Assembly (NCBI GenBank): GCA_977017575.1
Contig: CDRNVI010000029.1
Coordinates: 310,001 to 374,000, forward strand
Source of the DNA: Paramoeba atlantica
Taxonomy: Eukaryota; Protista; Discosea
Direction: 5' to 3'
Length of the DNA: 64,000 bases
The position numbers were made by a program, and so were the translations under genes. The notes beneath the pieces are model-generated. The model did no database searches, had not been told where the DNA came from, and saw only the letters and a list, made by a program, of their open reading frames with translations. Numbering within the stretch: the first letter of the stretch is position 1; each line of letters opens with the position of its first letter. Positions 10,961-22,529 of the stretch are shown piece by piece.

Positions 10961-12145
10961 ATGTCACTCGATTCCTCCCCTGTTGCGCGGTATTATGAAC
11001 AGGAAATCCGTGAATTACAGTCGAAATTGCATGAAAAAGAACGGACCTACGCGCGCATAGAATCTCAACGAGCCGAATTAAATCGACACGTCAGACATTT
11101 AAAAGAAGAACTCCACTTACTTATGGAACCTGCATCCTCCGTAGCGGAAGTGGTGCACGTCCTAGGAAAGGATAAATGTTTGATTAAGATTAGCGCACAA
11201 GGAAAGCAGGTCGTGGGTATTCACAAGGACGTTGATATTTCAAAGCTTACGCCCAACACACGTGTTGCGCTGCGCGCGGATAGCCAAGAGTTGCATTACG
11301 TTCTTCCCACCAATGTCGATCCTTTGGTTTCCCTGATGCGAGTTGAGAAACAGACCGGTAGTACTTACGACGAAATTGGCGGCCTTGGAAAGCAAATTAA
11401 GGAAATTAAGGAGGTAATTGAGCTCCCAGTGAAACATCCCGAACTTTTTGACGCGCTGGGCATTGCGCAGCCCAAAGGGGTGCTGCTCTATGGCCCCCCA
11501 GGGACGGGAAAAACGCTTCTGGCCCGTGCGGTGGCCCACCATACAGATTGCACGTTTATCCGGGTCAGCGGAGCGGAACTAGTGCAGAAGTACATTGGTG
11601 AAGGAGCACGTATGGTTCGGGAGTTGTTCGTGATGGCCCGCGAACATGCTCCAAGTATTATTTTTATGGATGAAATTGACTCCATTGGGGGCTCTCGCAT
11701 GGACAGTGGCTCCAATAGTGACAGTGAGGTGCAACGGACGATGCTAGAGTTGCTGAACCAGCTGGACGGCTTCGAGGCTTCAAAAAAGATCAAAGTTATC
11801 ATGGCCACCAATCGTATGGATATTCTAGACGAAGCACTTCTTCGCCCGGGACGAATTGACCGCAAAATTGAGTTTCCCGCACCGGATGAGTCTGCACGAG
11901 CGGATATTTTGCGTATTCACAGCTCTCGTATGAACTTGATGCGAGGTATTCACTTAGAAAAAATAGCGGCCAAGACCAACAATGCGAGTGGGGCGGAGCT
12001 GAAAGCGGTGTGTACTGAGGCTGGAATGCTTGCGTTGCGTGAACGACGTGTCCACGTCACCATGGAGGACTTTGAAATCGCTGTCGCGAAAGTAATGCGA
12101 AAGGATGGAGACAAGGACGCCTCAATGGGTAAAATGTGGAAATAG
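10961..12145 (+). CDS. RPT6: 26S proteasome AAA-ATPase subunit RPT6 (PSMC5)
   Basis: Coiled-coil/OB N-terminus; [45 protein letters not shown]; Walker [12 protein letters not shown]; [29 protein letters not shown]. Confidence 0.97.
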   Translation: MSLDSSPVARYYEQEIRELQSKLHEKERTYARIESQRAELNRHVRHLKEELHLLMEPASSVAEVVHVLGKDKCLIKISAQGKQVVGIHKDVDISKLTPNTRVALRADSQELHYVLPTNVDPLVSLMRVEKQTGSTYDEIGGLGKQIKEIKEVIELPVKHPELFDALGIAQPKGVLLYGPPGTGKTLLARAVAHHTDCTFIRVSGAELVQKYIGEGARMVRELFVMAREHAPSIIFMDEIDSIGGSRMDSGSNSDSEVQRTMLELLNQLDGFEASKKIKVIMATNRMDILDEALLRPGRIDRKIEFPAPDESARADILRIHSSRMNLMRGIHLEKIAAKTNNASGAELKAVCTEAGMLALRERRVHVTMEDFEIAVAKVMRKDGDKDASMGKMWK

Positions 12146-12475
12146 TGCGTGCGTAAGAAGGCATGCGGGTGAATTATGCACAAATTTGCAGTGAAATTTA
12201 AATACACTCGCAATATTTCGGTATTTAATACAAAACTTTCGTGTGAGATGAAATCACATTCTTTCAGTTTAGTTATCTGCATCAGTGTACGTCTACGAAT
12301 AGTACAATGTGGAGAAGTCGTTAATTTTTTTTAAATACATTTGTACTGAATGAATGGACGGAATGCACGTAACCAAAGCTCCGTTATTATATGTCAGCTA
12401 CAAAAATTGGCTATAAATTGGGAAAGATTCGCTTTGCACACAACTCAGTGACTTGAAGGATGTCGTAAATTTTTT

Positions 12476-14518
12476 GTGGCAATGATTTCCTCCCCTGATC
12501 AGGTTTGTGTTGACACAAAGCAATGCGTTAAAGATATACAATTCGATGAGATGTGGGATATACTCGCCCGTAAAATTGCTCTTTTGTTTGATGAAGCAGC
12601 TTTATGGAATGTGAAAGATGTCCGTAGGGGTATGTCGAAAGAACTGTTGGATTGTCATCATATTGTTTATCTGCTCTGCACATCTTCGAACATTCAATGC
12701 CACGATATTGTATACGAACGCTTCAAACAATGGCTCAGCGACAATTTAGACGAAAAGCTTAGGTCGTACATAAAAGCCTACGATGTCTGCCCATTGAGGC
12801 GGAGAGATTTTTTAGGTACGACGAGCGCTTTGTACACTTTTTGCGACACGATACGAGCGTGGATCTCGGTCATATTTCACTACGTTGATCAACATTACTC
12901 TGTTCCCTACTGCCGCGATTGTGTAGCGATAGTATTTTGTCGAGCTATTCAAAACCTGGCTGCTCCATGCGTGACAGGTTTAACCAACGCAATCCTGCAT
13001 TGTGTAGAACGACAACGAGAAGGAAGCTTGTTAGTGCCGGAGGCTACATTCCATAACGCCGTTCGATTCGTAGAAGAAATTGGAATCGGGTCTGCGGAGC
13101 AAGATGAAACCTTATGTTCCTATCATAACACATTCATTAAACCTCTACTCCACGCAACAGAAAGCTATTATCGGCGCAAGAGTAGAAATCGTTTGCGAAG
13201 TCATGGTTTAAGTGGGTATTTAGAATGGACGCAGGAACACTTAGACGATGAGGCCTCTGTTGCCCTTGCGTTCAACACTATGACTGCGGAGTGCCTTCTA
13301 GCGGATACACGATTCGAACTCTTGCTTTCACACAGTAGACAAATAATTCAAGATTCGGAGTTTGGTTTTCTTCGCATACTTGAAGAGGAGAACACTAATT
13401 CATTACGACGCATGTATAGTTTGCTCTTTGAAATGCCTAGTGCGAGAGATCTCTTCAAATCCATATTCTCTTCGTATGTGAATCAAAAGGTTGATACCTT
13501 GCGCGACACAAACTCTGTATTAGAGGTCTTCGAGTTGTTTAACCACATAGGTTCTTTAGTCAAGCATTTTGAACCTGGTCAGAAAACGTTTGTTGACGCA
13601 CAGGTGAAGAGTTTCTCCACTATTGATATGAATAGACAAAAATCCTATTCGGGTATGAAACAGCAATTTGAAGAGACACTGTGCAGTATGGTTGATAGAC
13701 TTTTGCGCAGAGATCCAGTTTTAGAATTTGGTTCCTACGCCGAATTCTATTCTGAGGTAGAGACCTATTCCAGATTTTCTACTTTGTTTTGCGATTTTGC
13801 TGTCTTTAATAAGTTGCACGCTCTAGCATTAGCCAAACGATTGCTCGAGCGCACTACTGAGGAGCAAATTAGTATAGAAACCCTTTTCATTGAAAACATT
13901 GAAGCAAAGAACGGATTATTTGATACCAGTAAATTGCGTGGTATGATTAAGGATTGTAAAATTTCGCTTCAATTGGCCGAGAACTCTTCTAATGACAGAA
14001 GGAATAGCATTTCGTGCCCCCGCCATGCACGATTCGCCCACTTTAGGAATTGGCCAACGACTCTATTTGAACCTGAGAACTCGAGGGAGTACCCCATCAG
14101 TCAGGAGCTTTATGATGTATGTATGGAAGCAGAACAACATTTTATCAAATCATGCCCTTCATTCAATACGAGGAAGATTCGATGGGTGCATCGACTCGGA
14201 ACAGCCTCGTTGCTCCTGACACATGACAACACAGAAATTCATGTGGAGCTTCCCATTCCACACGCCTGCGTGTTGTTGAAAGTGGGCCAGAAAAAACGTA
14301 TTACTGTACATGACCTTCTGCGTGAACTACATTTAGCGGATAATACAGGCTTGCGTTTTATAGAATCGCTTGCCTTCGGTGCTGAGGACACATTCCTTGT
14401 TGTCCATAGTCGAAATGCGAATCACAAATATTGGCCTCCTTTGGAAACTACGGACCTGTTATCGCTTCGGCTAGTCTCAGAATTCACACCTACTTCTAGC
14501 CTTTCTTCGTGCTTGTAA
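12476..14518 (+). CDS. Divergent cullin lacking the C-terminal neddylation (WH-B) domain
   Basis: Cullin-repeat motifs (VYLLCT, IFHYVDQHY, LLHATESYY) and cullin homology motifs (LAKRLL, TSKLRGMIKD, NWP, RKIRWVHRLGTASL). First ATG at 12482. Confidence 0.8.
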   Translation: MAMISSPDQVCVDTKQCVKDIQFDEMWDILARKIALLFDEAALWNVKDVRRGMSKELLDCHHIVYLLCTSSNIQCHDIVYERFKQWLSDNLDEKLRSYIKAYDVCPLRRRDFLGTTSALYTFCDTIRAWISVIFHYVDQHYSVPYCRDCVAIVFCRAIQNLAAPCVTGLTNAILHCVERQREGSLLVPEATFHNAVRFVEEIGIGSAEQDETLCSYHNTFIKPLLHATESYYRRKSRNRLRSHGLSGYLEWTQEHLDDEASVALAFNTMTAECLLADTRFELLLSHSRQIIQDSEFGFLRILEEENTNSLRRMYSLLFEMPSARDLFKSIFSSYVNQKVDTLRDTNSVLEVFELFNHIGSLVKHFEPGQKTFVDAQVKSFSTIDMNRQKSYSGMKQQFEETLCSMVDRLLRRDPVLEFGSYAEFYSEVETYSRFSTLFCDFAVFNKLHALALAKRLLERTTEEQISIETLFIENIEAKNGLFDTSKLRGMIKDCKISLQLAENSSNDRRNSISCPRHARFAHFRNWPTTLFEPENSREYPISQELYDVCMEAEQHFIKSCPSFNTRKIRWVHRLGTASLLLTHDNTEIHVELPIPHACVLLKVGQKKRITVHDLLRELHLADNTGLRFIESLAFGAEDTFLVVHSRNANHKYWPPLETTDLLSLRLVSEFTPTSSLSSCL

Positions 14519-14841
14519 ACGTTTCGAGCCTTCTTCGGACATAAACGACCGCTGTGATGCGTATCATATACAGGGTACACGGTTCCACATCACTGCGGCT
14601 GATGAATAACCTGACGATCGTTTACATTTTTTTAAAGAGTTGGCTCGGTACATTAGTTCGTGTACATTTGGTTCTATAGTGTAGCAGTGTTAGTAGTGGA
14701 ACTATTTCCGAAAACTAGGAAGCAAATACAGAGCTTCATAGTTATCAAGCTTCTTTACTTTATGAAGATGCAACATTAAACTAGTACTAGTGTGGAACTG
14801 TTATTTTACACAAAGAACCAATTTCTCTGTACTATTGACTA

Positions 14842-15648
14842 TTGATGCAAATCCTGCCAGGGAGCTACGCGACGCCAAAAGCAATCAGAGCAGCAGATAC
14901 TTGTATGCCACATAGAGGTAAAACGCATCGGACGCTATTTCCCCTGGAGATGCAGTTGATGCGCTTTGTGCAGAACCTTTCTACTTCCGTTCTTTCCTGG
15001 AACGACACTATTCCTGGATGTGAATGGGAATTCGTTGAATGTGATGAAAACGGCGTTGGGAAGAGAATACATTGGCGTGACACAGTAATTAGCGGGACTC
15101 CTGCATGGGAAGAACTGCCCGATACTTTTACATCACTTCAATTGGACGAGAACCAATTGAGTGGAGACGTACGATTCGGCACCCTCCCCAAAATGCTGGA
15201 ACAGCTGATAGTCGGAACGAACGAATTTATCGGCAACGTCGCTCTCTCGGACGCTCCGTCAACGTTGCGTCGCGTGGATGGGAATTGGAATCGATTCAAT
15301 GGCGTTATATGCCTGGATAGTGTTCCTCCCATGATGGAAACACTCGACTTCGCGGAAAACTTACTTGTAGGGACGATTGATTTTTCGCAATTTCCTCATA
15401 CGCTTCAGCGAGTTAGCTTGGATTTTAATGCGCTTAGCGGAACAGTAGATTTTACGCAACTCCGCGAGGGAATACAGTATCTTTGGCTGTCAAATAATTC
15501 ATTTGAAGGTATTGCAGATATTCAAAATCCGCCGTCCTCGCTTCTTAAGTTTTCGATACATGGGAACAACTGGTCTCGGATTGTGCTTCCGTCGCAGGGA
15601 TGGCAAAAGGGAATAGATGGTTCCTGCTATTCACGCCGTGTACGGTGA
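14842..15648 (+). CDS. Leucine-rich-repeat protein (plant-RLK-like LRRs)
   Basis: Repeats L..L.L..N.(L/F).G (SLQLDENQLSG, QLIVGTNEFIG, TLDFAENLLVG, YLWLSNNSFEG) after a CEWEFVEC cap; ATG at 14845. Confidence 0.85.
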   Translation: MMQILPGSYATPKAIRAADTCMPHRGKTHRTLFPLEMQLMRFVQNLSTSVLSWNDTIPGCEWEFVECDENGVGKRIHWRDTVISGTPAWEELPDTFTSLQLDENQLSGDVRFGTLPKMLEQLIVGTNEFIGNVALSDAPSTLRRVDGNWNRFNGVICLDSVPPMMETLDFAENLLVGTIDFSQFPHTLQRVSLDFNALSGTVDFTQLREGIQYLWLSNNSFEGIADIQNPPSSLLKFSIHGNNWSRIVLPSQGWQKGIDGSCYSRRVR

Positions 15649-15998
15649 CGTAATGAATATGGTTATTCAGAAAAGAATCGAGTCTGTTTTGGAGCCTTGA
15701 CACAAGCTAAACTAGGAGATAAGCAAGAGTATTCGTGGTGAAATAAAAGAGACGTTTAGGCATTTCAGCAAAACGTTGAAGCCATAAAATCTGTGTTTAA
15801 AAGTTTGGTTTAACAAATATATTTTTCATGGAGGTTGACAATTTTATTCCAACCATTACGTTTTTTTGGCTCAAAGACGTACATGCATTTGAATTCATTT
15901 AAGAATCAGAATAAATCGTCCCCACTTTAAAAACTATGCAGATATCCTGTAAATAAATTAATTAATTCAAATATACCTACGTGATACGTACGCATGTA

Positions 15999-17169
15999 CA
16001 GGGGGGATCACCAATATCGGGACACCTCCCATTTTTGTGACATGTGTCCGTTTCACCTGATTTTTGTTGCAAAAGAGAGATCTCGACGCGAATATGATCG
16101 GAACGAGATTTTGCGCCTATTTAAACACACTTGTAAAAAATGGGATAAAAAAATAAAAAAAATCTCCAAAAAATCTCCAAAAAATATGCAAATTTATGTA
16201 AAAATTGTGCAAATCCCGTTAAAATTGTCTATTAAAGGGTACAATTCTCTTTTATTTAGTTCCAAATGGGAAAACGACATACAGTCAGCAAAAAAACCGT
16301 TCGAATGTTTCGTTTTTTTTCTTTTGTATAGAGCTATTGATTAAATATCACCGTTGCGCTGGTAATGTGTGCTAGTAGTGTAGGCATGAGTGTCACCTAA
16401 TAGTACCCGTAGATAGTTCACCTCAGTTCGTTCTACGAAAGAAATAAGAATGAATATAAAAAAGTTTAGCATTCGAAAGGTTTTTTTGCTACCTATTATA
16501 GAGAAAATCTTGTCCCGAAAAATAGATGAAACGTAATCGCCCAAGAGAGATTATGCCCGTAAAATTAGTAGTTAGTATTCCCCCCACGAGCCTTCAGCAC
16601 TGCCTTCATACGGGCAGGCATACTGTCCACCTGGGCACGACATACAAGGGTGGTATGTTCGCCCATTCCATTTTTACCCTCTCCCACAACTCTCGGACCC
16701 CGCTTGGTGGATCATCGTGCTCTGCAAGGCACCGCTTGAGTTCCCCCCAAACGTTTTCGATTGGATTTAAGTCAGGGGACTGCGGGGGCCACCGCATGAC
16801 TTCAAACCCGGTACCCCGGAGGTGCCGTTGCGCACAATGGCTTGTGTGCGTGGGGTCATTATCTTGTTGGAAGATGACCATTGGGGGGTCTAGACCCATA
16901 GTTTCGATGGAGGGGGCAAGATTCTCTTCAAGAATCTCGACGTACTGTGTGGCGTTCAGGTTCCCTTGAACTAGACGCACATGCCCCACACCGCTTCGGG
17001 ACATGCACGCCCAAATTATGATGTGCCCCCCTCCGTACTTTACCGTGGGAATTACCCCTTTTTCACCCAGTTCCTCCCCCGGGGTCCCCCATGTCCAAAG
17101 ACTTCCCCCCGTTTCAAAGCGCGAGATCTTCGTCTCGTCCGACCATACAACTGGAGCCCAGTCGTGCAC
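15999..17169 (-). mobile_element. Tc1-family (DD34E) transposon remnant, 5'-truncated
   Basis: TA|CAGGGGGGATCACC terminus at 15997-16012. Transposase 16564-17169 has WSDETK, FQQDNDPTH and WPPQSPDLNPIENVW (34 residues between D and E by hand count). A frameshift near 16650 restores the C-terminus VDSMPARMKAVLKARGGNTNY*. No partner TIR found. Confidence 0.9.
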
Positions 17170-17256
17170 AAATGTAACAGTGTAAGATAAACAATATAAT
17201 AGTGTAAGATAAACTCTATAACCTAAAATTCTTCTTACCTAAAATTCTTATTTTCT

Positions 17257-17547
17257 ATGAGGCCCAAACAACAAATTGCAGAGCTCTACGACAGCGGTGT
17301 GTCTATGAGGTCCATCTCTGGTACAGTAAATTTAAGTATCTCAACAATTTCTATGATATTATGGGCGTGCATGTCCCGAAGCGGTGTGGGGCATGTGCGT
17401 CTAGTTCAAGGGAACCTGAACGCCACACAGTACGTCGAGATTCTTGAAGAGAATCTTGCCCCCTCCATCGAAACTATGGGTCTAGACGACCTCAAAGGTC
17501 ATCTTCCAACGAGATAATGACCCCAAGCACACAAGCCATTGTGTGCA
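17257..17547 (+). pseudogene. Second Tc1 transposase fragment: N-terminal HTH joined to part of the catalytic domain
   Basis: QIAELYDSGVSMRSISGTVNLSISTIS (HTH-like) is joined to WACMSRSGVG... The segment ~17358-17546 is a near-exact reverse complement of ~16832-17015. Confidence 0.8.
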
Positions 17548-17633
17548 TATTCGTACGTGTAATTGTAAAATTTTTTCTAGTGACTTTAAATGGGTTACAA
17601 TCTTTCAAACTTCGGGAATTATAGTTTTATATA

Positions 17634-17974
17634 TAAACCCCCGTCCGGGTTAATGTACCCCCCCCCGGTACAATAACTAGCTACAGATACAATACGTAGC
17701 TACAGGTACAATAAAAATTCCGAAAAATAACGAAAATAGTGCAAAAAAGATTTGGCGCCGCTTCGCGGCGCCGGGACTTCTCTATTTTCATGTCTTTGCT
17801 GATAAAAATGGTAAAATCGTAATCAATTTAAAAAATAAAATCTGTAAAAAGGCAAAAAATTCGCGGCGCCCTCTTTTGCGCAGAGGGGGGTACAATTAAA
17901 CCAAGCGTTCCCACATATTGTACCCCCCGGTACAATAGCGAGCTACAGGTACATTAAACCGGAACGGGGTTTTA
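17634..17974. mobile_element. MITE-like element
   Basis: Imperfect TIRs TAAACCCCCGTCCGGGTTAATGTACC / GGTACATTAAACCGGAACGGGGTTTTA; internal repeats TGTACCCCCC..GGTACAAT and AGCTACAGGTACA. Confidence 0.6.
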
Positions 17975-17989
17975 TTTCTATAAATTATA

Positions 17990-18085
17990 GTGCTCAGAAC
18001 GACTTTAAATGGAAATTTGGTCGAAGGGAACATTTGTTTTGAAAAAGCGTATTTTTGGGTACAGTTTGAGTGCAGGTGACCCAAA
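17990..18085 (+). repeat. Dispersed subterminal transposon repeat
   Basis: Matches the reverse complement of ~55790-55890 (GAAATTTGGTCGAAGG...TATTTTTGGGYACAGTTTGAGTGCAGGTGACCCAA). Shorter copies of the core at ~57345 and ~63546. Confidence 0.75.
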
Positions 18086-19051
18086 GATTTTTTTCTACTT
18101 CTTTTCTATTTCTTGTCAACGTTCAACGGCAAAATCAACGCGAAAATGAGAATAGTCGCGAAAATGAGAATGAAAATAAAAAAATCCTGTCAATGTTCAA
18201 TTACAGATTCTGAGAATAGTGACGACGACTGTACGTACGTGATACGCCCGCCAAGCATCTGTGTCCACGATCGTGCGGTAGCTGTCCACTGTATGCTTTT
18301 TCATAGACTTTTTTAAAGTAGTCCTGTCCCTTTCTTCCATATACACAGTAGTGCGACCACAACTACATCTACTGTACCATCTCTTAAATTTAATCTACTG
18401 TACCATGTAAAAAGGCCGTTTTCTCACTCGGCATACCCGATGATACTTCCGTGGAAAATACTTCCGTGGATAGGTTTCATCTACCGCGCACCTAGAGAAC
18501 TTGATTTCCTCGTTGCGTTTCAGTACGGCCTTGTGAATCCATAGCAAAATTTGTTTTTTTCATTTGAAAACAGCACGTCGGGCTGCCTTACACTGTGAGG
18601 CCAGACTTGCCATTTCGACCCGTTGGCAAAGTTTGATCCGAAACACGAATTTCATTTCTGTCTTTTTTTTTCGAAGAAAAAAAGGTGCTGGCCTAGTAAG
18701 GCGTTTACTGCACTTGGCACCAGAATTTCTGCGCCAGCAAATGTACAATGAGGTATTCGCTTTGTGAGGAGTGCCAGGCAATTTATGCGTAGCGCATTTA
18801 TCTTGTCGCACTATTCCATGAGAGACCAGGAATGACACAAAACTATCTGGAATATCTCCGTCATGCTTCCGTCGGAGATTGCACCGAAGGTCGGAACATG
18901 AGCACGTATTGGATAAAAATACGTAGGATAGGTGTACAGAGCCAAAAAATAGACATTAGTAAAAAAGTGCGACACGATTCAAAAAAAATACAAAATACAA
19001 AAAAATATACAAAACACAGAAAAATGAAGTTTTGGGTACAATATACCCAAA

Positions 19052-20836
19052 ATGGGGGTAATGGATAAGTTCCCATTGCCCGGAAATAGTATTACTAATA
19101 GTTATCCCCCAGAACACCACATTGCACTTACTGTAGTTATTTTTTTTCTAACGATAATTCGTACCGTAATGTCTCGCAACCCCCTGAAGTTCAGTCTCAG
19201 TCACACTTTGCTTAAGAGCGCGAGGAAAATCGACGCAGATCCGGCACATCGCGCACTCGTGACGACACCTTACGAACTGGTAAGATTTTACGACCACAGG
19301 AATGAACAGTGGGAGTCACCGCTGCGTTCGGTAGGAGGAGAATCAACTGAGGAAGAGACGCGCGTTTCTCCTGGCTATTTCGTAATGAGTGCATTACGAG
19401 AGTTAAATGGAGGTCGAGTGTACTACATCCCAACGGACCGCCGCACACATCACCACCTTGTGCCAGAGATCAGGCGAATGCTGCGGACCACCCCGCTCAC
19501 TCCTTCGTCCGTTTCATCTGCATTCTTTGCAATGAAGCTTGTCAACGCCATACAGGCGTCGGGAGCGAAACTGGAGAGCCCCACAGTGAATGAAGATTCC
19601 GCTCCGCATACGCGAAGTCTACGAAAAGCGCAACCCTTGGAGACGCTTCCAGTGTTTGATCCACAGTGGCAGCCACCCCACTCACCTCAACCCACACCCC
19701 GTAACCTTACTGACCCCCCTCCCCCTCCACCCTCACCCCAATCCAAACCCAAAAAGTGGCGCAACCGTTCCTCCACCTCCATCTCCCCCCTACCTCCATC
19801 TTGTGGCTACTTCCTCGCCGCTCATCCCATGGTGGATCGCTGTTTCCGTCATGCCGTCATGCTTGTCGGGGCTCACAACGTGTCCTCCCCCACAGAGCCC
19901 TCCCACCCCGAACCCCCTCCCTCCACCGACCTCCCCCCCTCTGGTCTCCGCGGGACCGCCCCGAAAGGGATGGAGACGCGTCCGCGGGCCACGACGCGTT
20001 ACTACGGCTCTCCTTCTTCTTCTTCTCCTTCTTCTCCTTCTTCTTTTCCCTCTCCCCCCCCCACCCCCTCCACCCAGTCCATGGCGTGGGTCCTCAACAT
20101 CCCGCTACGCACCCGTGACGGGAGGGCCGTGCGGGTCGGGGACCTCGGCATCCAGTCCCACCCCGTGTTCCGCTCCCACCTGCGGCACAACCTGGTGTTC
20201 TCCGGGGGGCCGGTGGCGTCCCCGGTGGCGCCGGCGGGGGGTGGCCCCCCCCGGGGGGAGCACGCGCTGTTCGTGCTGCACTGTCCCGGCGGGGGGAGGG
20301 CCGCCAAGGGGGGAGGGGAAGGGGGAGGGAGAACCCAGAAGGGGGTAAAGGGGTCGACGGTGGTGGTTCCCGGGGTGTACTGTGTACACGCGCTGGGGCC
20401 GTTGGGGGAGGCGATGGGGAGAGGGGAGGTGAAGGCGGGGGAGGTGGTGGTGGTGTTGGGGTACAGTGGGTGGGGACGGGCGCAGTTGGATGGGGAGATT
20501 GCGCAGGGGACGTGGGTGCCGTTTAGGGTGAAGAAGGGGCGGGAGATTGCGGCGCTGGTGTCGTCGTATCAAAGATCGGCCGCGGAGAAGGATGAGGAGG
20601 GGATGGAAAAGGATGCGGAGGTGGTGAGTCCGGCGGTGAAGCCGATTGTACGTGTCGCGTCCCTTGAGAAGTCACACAGTGAGGAGAAGGCGGAAAAGTC
20701 AGTCCCGCTGATTGATGAATCGAACGTACCTTACCCGGCAAAAATGTGGAAGGATGTGTTTACGGCTATGGGGCACCCATATAAATGTTTTGCTAGGCTG
20801 TGTGGTGTCACTCCATTACGAATGAGTTCACTATAG
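19052..20836 (+). CDS. DUF179 (UPF0301/AlgH-like) protein with Pro/Ser- and Gly-rich insertions
   Basis: Motifs in family order: GYFLAAHP, FRHAVMLV, WVLNIP, VFSGGPV, LFVLH, LGYSGWGRAQLDGEIAQGTW. Confidence 0.8.
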   Translation: MGVMDKFPLPGNSITNSYPPEHHIALTVVIFFLTIIRTVMSRNPLKFSLSHTLLKSARKIDADPAHRALVTTPYELVRFYDHRNEQWESPLRSVGGESTEEETRVSPGYFVMSALRELNGGRVYYIPTDRRTHHHLVPEIRRMLRTTPLTPSSVSSAFFAMKLVNAIQASGAKLESPTVNEDSAPHTRSLRKAQPLETLPVFDPQWQPPHSPQPTPRNLTDPPPPPPSPQSKPKKWRNRSSTSISPLPPSCGYFLAAHPMVDRCFRHAVMLVGAHNVSSPTEPSHPEPPPSTDLPPSGLRGTAPKGMETRPRATTRYYGSPSSSSPSSPSSFPSPPPTPSTQSMAWVLNIPLRTRDGRAVRVGDLGIQSHPVFRSHLRHNLVFSGGPVASPVAPAGGGPPRGEHALFVLHCPGGGRAAKGGGEGGGRTQKGVKGSTVVVPGVYCVHALGPLGEAMGRGEVKAGEVVVVLGYSGWGRAQLDGEIAQGTWVPFRVKKGREIAALVSSYQRSAAEKDEEGMEKDAEVVSPAVKPIVRVASLEKSHSEEKAEKSVPLIDESNVPYPAKMWKDVFTAMGHPYKCFARLCGVTPLRMSSL

Positions 20837-21056
20837 AAAAAACTCGTTTTCAATGCGCGGTATTATACTACACAGTTTAAAAGGACCACTATATATAAAT
20901 TTACTGTATTGCTGCTTTGCGTCATGCACTACGCAGGATTATTTTTCTTATATTTTTTATGAATGTACTTACAGAACGTGCGAACCTGTCTACGATTTTT
21001 TTTGAGCACTCCTAATTTTTCCCTTTTTTTTCTTTGCCAAAGTCCTTGAAACGACC

Positions 21057-21434
21057 ATGTTTGCCAACGCTTTCCCCTTCGGAAAAATTGTAAGTGGGTC
21101 ACTACGCACATTTCGGTCGGTAGCAAAACGCAACACCACAAGCACAATATCCAATTGTAACATGAAGTTCCCTCTTCTAGGAGGGTCCATCGCCTATTAT
21201 ACATCAAATAACAAAAAGTCAGACTCATTGCCTTTTGATGCTGAAGACGTGGACGCAAGTAAACTACAGCATCCCTATTGGGATGAGAAAACTGGATCTG
21301 AAGCGTTAGACGACGGTGACGATGATCTGATGATGTTGAACGAAATCGGCGAATTCGGCTCCGACTTCGATTTCGACCTTCCCGAAAAGGACAAGGGGTT
21401 CCTGAAGAAGGAATGGAGTCCACCCTCCAAGTAG
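21057..21434 (+). CDS. Small acidic protein, possible mitochondrial presequence
   Basis: 125-aa ATG ORF; basic/hydroxylated N-terminus and Asp/Glu-rich C-half. Confidence 0.5.
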   Translation: MFANAFPFGKIVSGSLRTFRSVAKRNTTSTISNCNMKFPLLGGSIAYYTSNNKKSDSLPFDAEDVDASKLQHPYWDEKTGSEALDDGDDDLMMLNEIGEFGSDFDFDLPEKDKGFLKKEWSPPSK

Positions 21435-21815
21435 ATCTGATAGTTGCGCTCTCAGCAACAACCAAGAAAAAAATACGTAACCAAGAAAAAATCACGTCTC
21501 CACTTTTGCTTTTTTATTTTTTTATTATATCCCGATATACTCGTCATATTTATTTATTTTTTCTTAGTTCTCTAAAGGGCGAAACTCTTGAGCTTCTCAA
21601 AGATCCTGTTTCAATTCTCCGAGTTGCCGATGTATGAAGTTTAATATGGAGGTGAAACTCCATCTATCTGTATGTCAATGCATCGAAACAAAAAGCTTTT
21701 GGGTCATCAGTTTTAGATGTATGCAAGTTCTTTACGGCACATGGGGAAATATGCAACCTTTAAGGAGAAAAGGAAACGACAGAAGACTACCACTAATTAA
21801 ACTTAAACATTTGAA

Positions 21816-22529
21816 TTGTTTTCTTTGATTTTTATGCAAACTGAGAAAGTTCATGCTATACAAGGAAGCAAAAAAACTGAGTTTAATCACCCCCCTGAAG
21901 AGGTTAGATGTCAGCACTCCGATCTCAAAGACCAGAAAACGTTAGTCAGGATATTATCAGTCACAGAGCAAATGATGGATGTCCTTACGCAGCTTACTGC
22001 AAATATAAACGAGGAATGTACTGTCGACAACATACATAACGCATCTTTTGAAACTATTCATGCGCGCCATAATAGTACATGCATTAGTCCAGCTAAGAAA
22101 GACGAGAAAAATCAAGATGAAGAGGGCCGCACGTCGTTCGATGATACTCAACGCATACTAAATTCTTTAGACAGCGTTTCTCTTCATCTAAATGAGACCT
22201 TAGATCGAAAAATCGTGGGCCCATTCAACACAATAACGAACTACGTCGATAAATATTTTGAAACATGGCGCTATTTTTGGCGTAATGAATACATCACTGA
22301 TGTGACACATGGGATTCTAGCAAAACATTTTGAAATTCGGGCAATGCTTGTCCAATCTTCGGAATTTAACGAACCAACAATCTCGTCGAATAATACGATG
22401 TCATGGAAAACCCTCGAAAGACTATGTTCTCAAAGACTTCAAATGATCGTTGAAGAGGAAACTAAAATTTTGGAATTGGGGCGAAGGTTGAAGCAGTGTA
22501 CAAAGTACAACGACACAGAAGACGCGTAG
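21816..22529 (+). CDS. Hypothetical coiled-coil protein
   Basis: 237-codon ORF on the coding strand (first ATG at 21834); helical composition; no recognisable motif. Confidence 0.55.
   Translation: MFSLIFMQTEKVHAIQGSKKTEFNHPPEEVRCQHSDLKDQKTLVRILSVTEQMMDVLTQLTANINEECTVDNIHNASFETIHARHNSTCISPAKKDEKNQDEEGRTSFDDTQRILNSLDSVSLHLNETLDRKIVGPFNTITNYVDKYFETWRYFWRNEYITDVTHGILAKHFEIRAMLVQSSEFNEPTISSNNTMSWKTLERLCSQRLQMIVEEETKILELGRRLKQCTKYNDTEDA

Noticed and set aside
19590-20741. Long overlapping and antisense ORFs in the GC islands (also 28489-29411)
   Set aside because: Expected from stop-codon depletion in GC-rich sequence; no recognisable domains.
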